This document shows, in pieces, positions 18,695 to 28,423 of a DNA stretch of 64,000 nt. Below the pieces are notes generated by a model. The model made no database searches and was not told where the DNA came from. It worked only from the letters and a program-made list of their open reading frames with translations. Within the stretch, counting starts at the first letter, position 1, and the number at the start of each line of letters is the position of its first letter. The stretch is from the NCBI GenBank assembly GCA_965203175.1, contig OZ241867.1:1376001-1440000 (forward strand), read 5' to 3'. This DNA comes from Candidatus Latescibacterota bacterium (GTDB lineage Bacteria > Latescibacterota > UBA2968 > UBA8231). The position numbers and the translations under genes were made by a program.

Positions 18695-18970
18695 ATGCCC
18701 GTACCAAAACCTCGGTACAGCAAAGAGGAGTTCGCTCGTCGTGGCGATGAGATTTACGACCGAGAGATAAGGCCCCATGTTGGGCCTGATGACGAAGGTA
18801 AATTCGTCGTCATCGACATTGAGACGGGAGCTTATGAGATCGATAAGGACGAATTGGCTGCATCCGACCGGCTTCTTGCCCGCAGACTTGATGCACAAAT
18901 TTGGACAAGGCGTGTCGGTTCTCGTTATGCTCGCCGCTTTGGCCCTCGCTACAGGGCGAGTGGTGCATGA
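18695..18970 (+). CDS. Small hypothetical protein (DUF5678-like) coupled to an aspartic protease gene
   Basis: RBS aaggag; GKFVVIDIETGAYEID; ATGA overlap with the next gene. Confidence 0.8.
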   Translation: MPVPKPRYSKEEFARRGDEIYDREIRPHVGPDDEGKFVVIDIETGAYEIDKDELAASDRLLARRLDAQIWTRRVGSRYARRFGPRYRASGA

Positions 18971-19356
18971 TAACCGGCCATGTTACTGCATACCGAGAGG
19001 CCGTCATTTCTCTGAATGTGGGGGGACCTAGGAACCAAGAGCGGGAGATTGATGCGGTTGTAGATACAGGTTTCAACGGTTTTCTGACGCTTCCTGCATC
19101 CATTATTCAGGAGTTGGATCTCGTCTGGCATCGGCGGGGTCGGGCTATGCTTGCCGACGGCAGTAACAGCGTCTTCGATATCTACGAGGCTACCATTACA
19201 TGGAATAGCAGGCCGAGACGGATCGCCGTGGACGAGGCAGAGTGTGATCCTCTTGTTGGCATGTCTTTGCTTTACGGCTGTGAGTTGACTGTTCAAGTCG
19301 TAGATGGAGGCCGTGTGTCTATATATCCCCTGCCGCGTCAGATCGAAAGGGGCTAA
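18967..19356 (+). CDS. Clan AA aspartic protease (AF_0612-like)
   Basis: MITGHV..., AVVDTGFNGFLTLP, LADG, PLVGMSLL. Confidence 0.85.
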   Translation: MITGHVTAYREAVISLNVGGPRNQEREIDAVVDTGFNGFLTLPASIIQELDLVWHRRGRAMLADGSNSVFDIYEATITWNSRPRRIAVDEAECDPLVGMSLLYGCELTVQVVDGGRVSIYPLPRQIERG

Positions 19357-19378
19357 CGATAGATTGCGGAGTGGTGCG

Positions 19379-20208
19379 ATGAAACGAGTGGAGCTATTGC
19401 CCGTTTACGGCAGCGGTCTGTGCGATTTGAGCCGGACGCGGCTGGCGGACTACCTTACTGCTATCGTCGGCGACCGGGAAGTGCCAGAGACCGATGAGGA
19501 GTGGAATGAGCGGCTTTGCGCGCTGGGGTTCATGGTCGAGCGAGAAGACGGCCCGCCCGCCTGTACTATCGCCGGGTTGATCCTGTTTGGCTATCGGCCC
19601 CGTCGCCTGTTGCGCCATGCTGGCATCCGCTGGATGTGCTTTGAGGGGGAGGAGAAAACCTACGATGCCATTGACGATCAAGTGATTGAAGGGCCGCTGG
19701 TCGATCTTTGGCAGGTGCTGTCAGGGGGGCGTGAACTGGTGGAAAAGGGGCTGATTGAACGCCTTGCCGATGCGATGCGGCCGTTCGTATCTGAGGAGGC
19801 GGGCCAAGTGGAAGAGTCCATGCGTCGGGAACGACGCTGGCACTATCCGCTGGAAGCGCTGCGCGAAGGTGTTGTCAATGCGCTGACGCATCGGGACTGG
19901 ACGCGGTACGAGGAAATTGAGGTGGTCCGTTATGCGGACCGGATAGAGATACTCAGCCCTGGTGCACTGCAAAACGCATGACGATCGAAAAAATGATTGC
20001 TGGTCAACGGGTGCCGCGCAATCTGCTCATCTCTGAGACGTTGCGGGACTATAGCTATTCTGATGCTCGCGACATGGGGGTGCGGAACAAGATCATTCCG
20101 TTGATGCGAGCGCATAACGGGGTTGACCCGGAGTTTGAGGCGACGGAGGACTACTTGCGATTGACGCTGCGCCGAGGTTCGTCACCCTGTACCGAAGCTG
20201 AACGGTGA
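19379..20208 (+). pseudogene. Truncated, frameshifted AlbA_2/HATPase_c_4 ('RecG C-terminal-like') protein
   Basis: YPLEALREGVVNALTHRDW, IEILSPGAL; frame break near 19978, then PRNLLI...GVRNKI; no N-terminal AlbA domain. Confidence 0.75.
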
Positions 20209-21014
20209 CGAGACGGATGAATCGGTATTCTGTTGGCTACAATGAGCGCACGGCTGGTTTCTTCCAAGAGCGCACAGCCGACACGCACGCTCAGTTTCTT
20301 CTGGAGTACCTCGTGCCCGGGCTGGCTCTCTTAGACGGTGGATGTGGGCCCGGGACCATAACCAAAGGACTCGCAGAGATCGTGGCACCTGGGCGCGTCG
20401 TAGGGATCGACAGAGAGCCGAGTCAAATCGATCTTGCTCAGCGTCTCACCGATGGATTCCCTACAATCGAGTTCAAAACGGACGACCTTTGCAGCCTGAC
20501 TGCTGATGACGAGTCATTCGATGTCGTCTTCGTTCACGGAGTCTTAGAGCACATCGCTGACTCAGAGCAAGCTACCTCTGAGATTCGCCGAGTACTGAAA
20601 TCGGGAGGGCTAGTGGGCTCAAGACACGCCGACTTCGGAGGATTCCTGCTTGAGCCTACGCCTGAGCCGCTTGGGAAATTTTCGCAGTTATTCATCGAAC
20701 TGATGAAACGAAATGGCGGAGATCCGTACTGTGGACGTCGCCAGCCAGGACTATTCCGCAAGGCAGGATTCGAGATTGTCAAGGTTTCCGCGTCGTATGA
20801 CTGTTGGACGCCGGATGCGGAGTCCACGCGGAGAAACGCGCACTTTCTGGCGGAGTTGTGCGGCGACTCTGAATTCTCTGATCAGCTTGTGGAATACGGA
20901 CTAGCAGACGAACGGGTCTTGGCTCAACTAAAGTCATCATTCCTCACGTGGGGAGAGATGCCAGAGGCATTTGCCGCAGAAGCGTGGGGCGAGCTCGTCG
21001 CCAGAAAAGCGTAA
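20205..21014 (+). CDS. Class I SAM-dependent methyltransferase
   Basis: LLDGGCGPGTIT, VVGID, DESFDVV, EIRRVLKSGG; alternative start at 20217. Confidence 0.9.
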   Translation: MTRRMNRYSVGYNERTAGFFQERTADTHAQFLLEYLVPGLALLDGGCGPGTITKGLAEIVAPGRVVGIDREPSQIDLAQRLTDGFPTIEFKTDDLCSLTADDESFDVVFVHGVLEHIADSEQATSEIRRVLKSGGLVGSRHADFGGFLLEPTPEPLGKFSQLFIELMKRNGGDPYCGRRQPGLFRKAGFEIVKVSASYDCWTPDAESTRRNAHFLAELCGDSEFSDQLVEYGLADERVLAQLKSSFLTWGEMPEAFAAEAWGELVARKA

Positions 21015-21126
21015 ATTTGGGTTCCGCAGATTCAACAGACAGTGTTAGTTGAATCCACCGAACCGACCAAGAATCGGCAATCATTTTGCTCATCGGCGGG
21101 CATTTTAGAAGGAGCTAGCAGCGCAC

Positions 21127-23571
21127 ATGGCTTTGAAAAAGTCCCAACTCTACTCCTCGCTGTGGCAAAGCTGCGACGAGTTACGTGGCGGCATGGACGC
21201 CTCGCAGTACAAGGACTACGTCCTGACGCTGCTGTTTATGAAGTACGTCTCGGACAAATACGCTGACGATCCGTACCCGCTCATTGAAGTTCCACCCGGC
21301 GGCAGCTTCGCGGATATGTCAAACCTCAAGGGCGACAAGGAGATCGGCGACAAGATCAACAAGATCATCGGTCAGCTCATCGAGGCCAATGACCAGCTCA
21401 AGGGCGTCATCGACCAAGCTGACTTCAACGACGAGAGCAAGCTCGGCACAGGCAAGGAGATGCAGGACCGACTCTCGAAGCTGGTCGCTATATTCGAGGG
21501 GCTCGACTTCCGCGCCAACCGGGCCGAGGGCGACGATCTGTTGGGCGATGCCTACGAATACCTGATGCGGCACTTTGCGACCGAGTCAGGGAAGAGCAAG
21601 GGGCAGTTCTATACGCCGGCCGAGGTCTCCCGCATTATGGCACAGGTGGTTGGGATCGGCTCGGGCACCCAACAGGATCAGACTATTTACGATCCGACTT
21701 GTGGCTCTGGCTCGCTCTTGCTCAAGGCTGCGGACGAAGCGCCGCACGGCATTACCGTTTACGGCCAGGAGATGGACAACGCCACCTATGCGCTGGCACG
21801 GATGAACATGATCCTGCATGGCCATGAGACCGCTGAACTTTGGCGCGGCAACACCTTGGCCGCTCCGTACTTCAAGAACCCGGACGACCGCCTTAAGACC
21901 TTTGACTTTGCCGTCGCTAATCCGCCTTTTTCCGCCAAGGCTTGGTCCAGCGGCCTCAATCCAGACCACGACGAGTACGGGCGCTTCGAATACGGCATCC
22001 CTCCGACGAAAAACGGTGACTACGCCTTCCTTTTACATTTAATTGCGTCGCTCAACAGCAAGGGCAAAGGCGCGATTATCCTGCCGCACGGCGTGCTGTT
22101 TCGCGGCAACAAGGAGGCGGACATCCGCAAAAAGCTCATCCGCCAGGGCTTCATCAAGGGCATCATCGGCCTGCCGGCCAATCTGTTCTACGGCACTGGC
22201 ATCCCCGCCTGTATCTTGGTTCTCGATAAAGAGAACGCCCACGCTCGTAGCGGTATCTTCATGATCGACGCGAGCAAGGGCTTTCTCAAGGACGGCAACA
22301 AGAATCGCCTGCGCGCACAGGACATCCACCAAATCGTCGATGTGTTCAACCGGCAGACTGAGTTGTCGCGCTATTCCCGCATGGTGCCGGTGGCTGAGAT
22401 CGCTAGTCCGGCTAACGACTACAATCTGAACATTCCGCGCTACATTGATTCCAGCGAATCGGAAGACCTGCACGACCTCGACGCGCATTTGCACGGCGGC
22501 ATTCCCGACCGCGATCTCGACGAGCTCGGAACCTATTGGGATGTCTTCCCTTCGTTGCGCCAAGCGTTGTTTGTCGGCAACGGACGGGCGGGCTACAGCG
22601 AGGCTCGCGTTGAGACGCCGCAGGTGAAGGCCGCCATTCTCGGGCATGGGGAGTTCAAGTCGTACGAGGCGCGGGTCGCGGTCGTTCTCGACGGTTGGTG
22701 CAAGACGCACGAGCCGGTTCTCAAGGGGCTGGAGATAGACGCCAATCCCAAGGACATCATCCACACTCTGGCGGAGGATCTGCTGGCGAGTTTTGCCGAC
22801 TTGCCGCTGCTTGATCCGTACGACGTGTATCAGCGGCTGATGGACTATTGGGACGAGGTGATGCAGGACGATGTGTATCTCATTACTGCGGACGGTTGGG
22901 AAGAGGCAGTCAAGCCGCGTGGGATCATTGAGGACAAAGAGAAGAAGATCAAGGAGACGCCGGACCTGACTGTCAAACGCAGGAAGTACAAGATGGACCT
23001 GATTCCTCCGGGGCTGATCGTCGCGCGTTATTTCGCTGATGAACAGGCCGCTGTCGAGGCGCTACAGGCCAAGCAGGAGGCCGCAGCCCGCGAACTGGAA
23101 GAGTTCGTCGAAGAGCACACTGGCGAGGAGGGCTTGCTGGAGGATGCGGTCAACGACAAGGACAAAGTCACCAAGGGCGGCGTGACGGAGCGGCTCAAGG
23201 CTATCCGGTACGAGCCGGAGAGCGACGAGGAACGCGATGCCCTCAAGCATTGTAAAAGTCTGATTGAGGGCGAGGCTAAGGCGGCTAAGGCCGTCAAGGA
23301 GGCCCAAGCCCGCTTGGATGAGCAGGTGCTGGCCCGCTACGGCGTGCTCACTGAAGCCGAGATCAAGACGCTGGTGGTTGAGGACAAGTGGTTTGCGAGC
23401 ATCCGGGGTGCTATCGAAGGTGAGGTGCAGCGGTTGACACAGCAGCTCGCCGGGCGGGTGAAGGAGTTAGAAGAGCGCTACGCCCGTCCGCTGCCGGAGT
23501 TGGAGCGGGAGGTGGAGGTGTTTGGTGATAAGGTCGAGGAGCACTTAAAGAGGATGGGGATTTCGCTATGA
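21127..23571 (+). CDS. hsdM: Type I restriction-modification methyltransferase subunit
   Basis: GQFYTP, DPTCGSGSLL, ANPPF (m6A motif IV), LPHGVLFRG, YNLNIPRY. Confidence 0.97.
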   Translation: MALKKSQLYSSLWQSCDELRGGMDASQYKDYVLTLLFMKYVSDKYADDPYPLIEVPPGGSFADMSNLKGDKEIGDKINKIIGQLIEANDQLKGVIDQADFNDESKLGTGKEMQDRLSKLVAIFEGLDFRANRAEGDDLLGDAYEYLMRHFATESGKSKGQFYTPAEVSRIMAQVVGIGSGTQQDQTIYDPTCGSGSLLLKAADEAPHGITVYGQEMDNATYALARMNMILHGHETAELWRGNTLAAPYFKNPDDRLKTFDFAVANPPFSAKAWSSGLNPDHDEYGRFEYGIPPTKNGDYAFLLHLIASLNSKGKGAIILPHGVLFRGNKEADIRKKLIRQGFIKGIIGLPANLFYGTGIPACILVLDKENAHARSGIFMIDASKGFLKDGNKNRLRAQDIHQIVDVFNRQTELSRYSRMVPVAEIASPANDYNLNIPRYIDSSESEDLHDLDAHLHGGIPDRDLDELGTYWDVFPSLRQALFVGNGRAGYSEARVETPQVKAAILGHGEFKSYEARVAVVLDGWCKTHEPVLKGLEIDANPKDIIHTLAEDLLASFADLPLLDPYDVYQRLMDYWDEVMQDDVYLITADGWEEAVKPRGIIEDKEKKIKETPDLTVKRRKYKMDLIPPGLIVARYFADEQAAVEALQAKQEAAARELEEFVEEHTGEEGLLEDAVNDKDKVTKGGVTERLKAIRYEPESDEERDALKHCKSLIEGEAKAAKAVKEAQARLDEQVLARYGVLTEAEIKTLVVEDKWFASIRGAIEGEVQRLTQQLAGRVKELEERYARPLPELEREVEVFGDKVEEHLKRMGISL

Positions 23572-23974
23572 GTCAAAAATTCGATTTCCGGCAGCCCTGA
23601 GATTTCCGCGACAGCGTTGCGGAAATTGTCTGACCCACTGATGGAACTACCGAAAATTCCACAGACACTGTCTGTTGAATTGGCAAAGCGACTTCCCCTT
23701 GCTTGGTCTCCCTACGTTACCCTGCTGACCATCGACAATCCCGAAGAGCGCCAGTCGTCTGCAAAGGATCGGGATAAAGAGCAGTTCGGGGACCCGTTTG
23801 AAGCTCTACCGACGTTTCTACCAGAAGCAGAAAGAAATTGGTCCGACACTGTCGGACCAATTGGCATCCTTGGCGTCCGTTGTCACCCTGCTGACCATCG
23901 ACAATCCCGAAGAGCGCCGCTTCTACGAGATTGAGGCTGAGGCCGCCGAGGTTCAGTATCTTTAGAAGAGCGAT
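23568..23974 (+). pseudogene. Scrambled DUF1016/YhcG fragments
   Basis: IPQTLSVELAKRLPLAWSPYVTLLTIDNPEER; KLYRRFY...IGPTLSDQL; stops and internal duplications. Confidence 0.7.
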
Positions 23975-24010
23975 TCTCCAGTTGGCGATCAAGAGAATGA
24001 GAGGTCTGAA

Positions 24011-24305
24011 ATGACCAAAGACATAGAGAAGGGCTACCCCTGGGCAGTCCTTTGATGATTATCTCAAGGAGCAGGGTGCCTATGAGAAAACCACTGAACT
24101 GGCCGTGAAGCGTGTGCTGGCCTTCCAACTTGCCGAGGCAATGAAGCAGCAAGGCATCTCCAAGGCGGAAATGGCGCGCCGCCTCCGTACAAGCCGGTCT
24201 CAGCTTGATCGCCTGCTTGATCCTGGGCATGACGGCGTGACAGTCGGCGTACTGGCGCGCGCTGCAAAAGCGGTTGGCCGTGAATTTCGGCTCGAACTTG
24301 CCTGA
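24011..24305 (+). pseudogene. XRE/HTH antitoxin with a +1 frameshift, preceded by a toxin C-terminal remnant
   Basis: SFDDYLKEQG...KRVLAFQLAEAMKQQGISKAEMARRLRTSRSQLDRLLDP; ATG 24011 is out of frame by one base, plausibly at cccc 24037-24040. Confidence 0.75.
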
Positions 24306-24317
24306 TCGGAGATTCCA

Positions 24318-24450
24318 TATTGAGACGGGAGCGTATGAGATTGGTCAGGACGAACTGGTAGCATCCGACCGGCTTCTTGCCCGCAGACTCGATGCACAAA
24401 TTTGGACAAGGCAGGTTGGATCCCGGTATGCCCGCCGCTTTGGACTTCGC
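24318..24450 (+). pseudogene. 3' remnant of a paralogue of 18695-18970
   Basis: IETGAYEIGQDELVASDRLLARRLDAQIWTRQVGSRYARRFG. Confidence 0.8.
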
Positions 24451-24665
24451 TACAAGCGAATAGATTTATCTGATTCTAAAACAAGAAGTTACATCAAACA
24501 GAAGAGTGTTAAGTGGGAATTGGGAAACAGAAAAAATTGAAAGCGGAGGAAGGGTGAACGGCAATTGCGGGAACAGTGGATGAGCATCAAGTCAAAATGG
24601 ACGAGGTAATAAACGATAGTTATATTTTTGCACCAATAAATAATATGAAGGAGGACATCAACATC

Positions 24666-24902
24666 ATGCCAGACCGTTATGTAACGAAGCATCCAGAAGG
24701 GTGGTCAGTGAAAGCACCGGGTGCCGCACGCGCAAGCAGCGTTCATGGGACGCAGCGGGAGGCCGAGGCGGCGGCGAAACAGATCGTGGCTAATCTTGGC
24801 GGCGGTGAGGTTCGTATCCAAGGACGCGATGGCAAGTGGCGTGATTCGGACACGGTCCCGCCGGGTAACGACCCGAATCCGCCACGCGACAAGAAGCACT
24901 AA
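24666..24902 (+). CDS. DUF2188 domain protein
   Basis: GWSVK...ASSVHGTQREA...EVRIQGRDGKWRDSDT..GNDPNPPRD; RBS aaggagg. Confidence 0.85.
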   Translation: MPDRYVTKHPEGWSVKAPGAARASSVHGTQREAEAAAKQIVANLGGGEVRIQGRDGKWRDSDTVPPGNDPNPPRDKKH

Positions 24903-24923
24903 CGGAAGGTTAGGGGTATTTCG

Positions 24924-25874
24924 ATGAGAATATTCATTTCATATTCGCACAAAGACCAAGCAGTACTGGAGCGGCTACATACCCATTTGGCTCCCCTTCA
25001 GTCTGAAGGGCTTATTGATACATGGTATGATCGCCAAATTCTGGCGGGTGGGAGGGTCGACGAGGAGATCGGCAAAGAACTTGAGTCCTGCGATCTCTTC
25101 CTGATGCTTGTCAGTCCTGATTTCCTAGCGTCTGACTATTGCGTCAATCGTGAAATGAGGCGAGCGCTTGAGCGCCATAGGGACGACGCGGCGCATGTTG
25201 TACCAATTATCGTCGAGCCCTGCGATTGGCTTTCTTCGCCACTAAGTGAACTCAAGGTCCTACCACTTGATGGGGAACCTATTAGCGAGTGGCCAAACCC
25301 AAACAACGCCTATCTCGATGTAGTCAGGGAACTTCGGCGTATTCTTGAAACTCGTAAGGCCGCTGTGCCTCCTATGGGACATGCTACGTTCTCCGAGGAG
25401 ACTAATGAAACGCGACCTGTGGCTTCCCGTTATAGGGTACAGCAAGACTTCGATGATATAGATCGTAGTGAGTTCCGAGAGACCGCGTTTGCGACTATCT
25501 GCGATTACTTCCAGCAGCAGATTGCCGAGATCAATACGGACAGCAAATTACGCGGGCGTTTTGTGCCCCGGGGGCCGAGTTCGTTCGGATGCACAATCGT
25601 CAATAGGGCACGTGAGTTGAACCGTGGTACGGCGCACATCACTGTACATCGCGGAGACGGTGCCCCTGGGCTTGGCGACATCTACTACTCGTTCTCGGAA
25701 AATGCCGCAGCCAATACTGCAAGTGGCATGCTCTACATTGAGTCGGACAATTACGAAATGTATCTCAGCAGTATGATGAACTTCGGCAGTGGGCGGGAAC
25801 GGCTCACTCCGGAAGAAGCGGCAGAGTGCTTGTGGGCTGATTTTATCGAGAAGGCAGGAGTTTCTTTGGGCTGA
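24924..25874 (+). CDS. TIR domain protein with an uncharacterised C-terminal domain
   Basis: IFISYSHKD, WYDRQILAG, SPDFLASDYCVNREM (catalytic Glu), VVPIIVEPCDW. Confidence 0.9.
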   Translation: MRIFISYSHKDQAVLERLHTHLAPLQSEGLIDTWYDRQILAGGRVDEEIGKELESCDLFLMLVSPDFLASDYCVNREMRRALERHRDDAAHVVPIIVEPCDWLSSPLSELKVLPLDGEPISEWPNPNNAYLDVVRELRRILETRKAAVPPMGHATFSEETNETRPVASRYRVQQDFDDIDRSEFRETAFATICDYFQQQIAEINTDSKLRGRFVPRGPSSFGCTIVNRARELNRGTAHITVHRGDGAPGLGDIYYSFSENAAANTASGMLYIESDNYEMYLSSMMNFGSGRERLTPEEAAECLWADFIEKAGVSLG

Positions 25875-26103
25875 TTTGATTTGCAGAGGACAATCCGTCG
25901 ATTTCAATTCGGGGGACGTCTTGGCAACACCGCCGGGAAATCACTTTGGGACACCATGCTGGAAATCAGCCACAACGCGCAACGGTGCGGTCTAACTCCG
26001 GAAATTTTGCAGTCCATCCTAGCCGAAGAATGATCCGCTTCATCTTCGATACAAACGTCTAACCATTGGGGCCGCGCTGCTGTCCGAGGGCCGGTGAACG
26101 TGG

Positions 26104-27392
26104 ATGAATAGCGAGCAAGGGACAACGGGCAGCACCCTTGGAGGCGGACGCCGTGTGCCCGTGGAACCTGTTCCCGCCGGCTACAAGCGCACCGAAGTGG
26201 GCGTAATTCCGGAGGATTGGGAGCGTTCGAGCGTACATGCCATTGCCTCATCGACGCGCAACGCGATCGTTGGTGGTCCCTTTGGATCTGACCTCGTGTC
26301 CAAGGACTACGTGGCTCATGGCGTTCCGGTTATTCGTGGCCAGAATATGAGCGGCCAGTGGGTTTCGGGCAGTTTTGTTTTTGTTACGCCAACGAAAGCA
26401 AAATCACTCGAAGCGAATCTAGCGCATCCTGGAGACATTATCTTTACGCAACGAGGAACGCTTGGCCAAGTAAGCCTCGTTCCGGACAAACCCTTCAGCG
26501 CTTACTTGGTCTCCCAGAGCCAGATGAAGCTTTCGGTAAACCGCAAGGTGGCTGATCCGCTCTTCCTCTTCTATTTTTTTACAAGCTACGAACAGCAGAA
26601 ATCGATTCAGGGCAGGACGATTCAGACGGGAGTTCCGCATATTAATCTCGGAATTCTTCGTGAGATGCCCGTTCGACTTCCGCCATTAGCCGAGCAACGC
26701 GTCATCGCCGAGGCGTTGTCGGATGTGGATGGGTTGCTCACGGCGTTAGAGGCGCTGATCGCCAAGAAGCAGGCCGTCAAGCAGGCCGCCATGCGGCAAC
26801 TCCTCTCTGGCAAGACTCGTCTGCCGGGGTTTAGTGAGGCGTGGGAGACGAAGCGGATTGGCGACTTACTCTATTATGAACGACCAGATCGCTACATTGT
26901 GCAATGCACAGAGTACAGCGATTACGGCAATGTTCCAGTATTGACCGCAAACAAGTCGTTTGTTTTGGGCTACACCGACGAAGATTTCGGTATCTGTACT
27001 GATACTCCTGTTATCGTTTTTGACGATTTTACGACCGATTCAAGTATGCAACGTCTCCATTCAAAGTAAAGTCGTCAGCGATCAAGCTTCTCCGCGCCCG
27101 TCAGAATCAAGCACATCTTAGGTACGTTTTTGAACGTATGCAGTTGATTCGCTTCCCGTTGGGCGATCATAAGAGATACTATATATCGGATTATCAAAAC
27201 ATTGAGTTGGCCGTTCCCGGTTTCGGTGAACAACAGGCTCTTTCTTCAGTCCTCTCCGAAATGGACGCCGAGATCGCCACGCTGGAGCGACGCCGGGACA
27301 AGATTCGCGCCGTCAAGCAGGGCATGATGCAGCAGCTTCTCGTCGGTCGGGTGCGGCTGGTCGAACCAGACTTAGATCGTACGAGGAGTTAA
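26104..27392 (+). pseudogene. hsdS: Type I R-M specificity subunit with a frameshift near 27040 (ORFs 26104-27069 and 27138-27392)
   Basis: GYKRTEVGVIPEDW, LPPLAEQRVIAEALSDVD, KQAAMRQLLSGKTRLPGF; adding 1 nt at gattcaag restores FDDFTTDSKYATSPFKVKSSA through to KQGMMQQLL. Confidence 0.88.
27307..27351 (+). repeat. 45-bp hsdS 3' segment duplicated at 31728-31772
   Basis: 40/45 identity by manual comparison. Confidence 0.85.
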
Positions 27393-27468
27393 AGTCAGTC
27401 TCGCGAAAATGAGTCATCTTTACAGATCACACATGATGCTGTAAAAACAGACACTTGGAGGTGTGTTG

Positions 27469-28422
27469 ATGTCCAAGGACCTGAAGAGTCAGCAGGAGCA
27501 GGGTACCACCAGTATTAAGAACCGAGACTTTCCGAGCCTATACCAGAGTGCCGACAAAGCGTCACTTTCAGCACAACGACGTTATCTTTGTTTGCAGAAG
27601 AGCTATATCGGTTGTCTTATTTTGGGGAGCGTTGGTGCTGCCCTTGCGACGATAGTTCCGGTCGTAGCCGTCAAGTGGACTCACATTGTCTTGGCGATAG
27701 TTCTGGTAACTGGCGTCGTTCTCACTTGGGTATCCCGAGTACGTCGAGACGACAAGGTGTGGTTTGGCTGTCGCGCCATTGCTGAGTCCACAAAGACCGC
27801 TACATGGCGATTCATGATGAAGGCTGCACCTTTCAAAGATGACAGCATCGCTAGGCAGTCATTCATTGACCAGCTTCGACTAATACGAGAGGAGAGGCAT
27901 TTCAGTTCACACGATTTGGCGCAAAGCTTGGATGCAAACACTCAGTCTATTAGCGATTTCATGGATAATGTGCGACAGAAGCCCTTGAATAAACAGCGGA
28001 ACCTATATCTTGAGTCGAGACTTCGCGATCAAAAGGCTTGGTATTCAAATAAAGCCAAGTTCAATTCAAAGAAGGAATCTTGTTGGTTCTGGGTGGTTTT
28101 GGCACTACATGTGGTCGCCATTGCTTTTGCAATTATTCAGGCTGGTTCAGGTGGCTTACCGGTAAACATGGTTCCATTTTTGATGACCTGCGCTGCTTCT
28201 GCTATCGCATGGAGCCATATGAAGCGCTACGGCGAGTTAGCTCAGACCTACTCACTCTCTGCACAGGAGCTGAGAGACCAAGAAGCGATTGCCTCGGATA
28301 TAACGGAAGAGGCTGACTTCCTCGCACTTGTGGAGCAAGTCGAGGAGACCATTTCTCGTGAACATACCATGTGGTGTGCGCGCCGGAATGTGATAATCAG
28401 ACCAACCGACAAGGGAAACTAA
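27469..28422 (+). CDS. SLATT-family (DUF4231; SLATT_3 + SLATT_1-like) 4TM membrane effector
   Basis: FPSLYQSADKASLSAQRRY, W..CRAIAESTKTATWRFMM, RLRDQKAWYSNKA, EETISREHTMW; four hydrophobic segments; RBS ggagg. Confidence 0.85.
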   Translation: MSKDLKSQQEQGTTSIKNRDFPSLYQSADKASLSAQRRYLCLQKSYIGCLILGSVGAALATIVPVVAVKWTHIVLAIVLVTGVVLTWVSRVRRDDKVWFGCRAIAESTKTATWRFMMKAAPFKDDSIARQSFIDQLRLIREERHFSSHDLAQSLDANTQSISDFMDNVRQKPLNKQRNLYLESRLRDQKAWYSNKAKFNSKKESCWFWVVLALHVVAIAFAIIQAGSGGLPVNMVPFLMTCAASAIAWSHMKRYGELAQTYSLSAQELRDQEAIASDITEEADFLALVEQVEETISREHTMWCARRNVIIRPTDKGN

Positions 28423-28423
28423 C

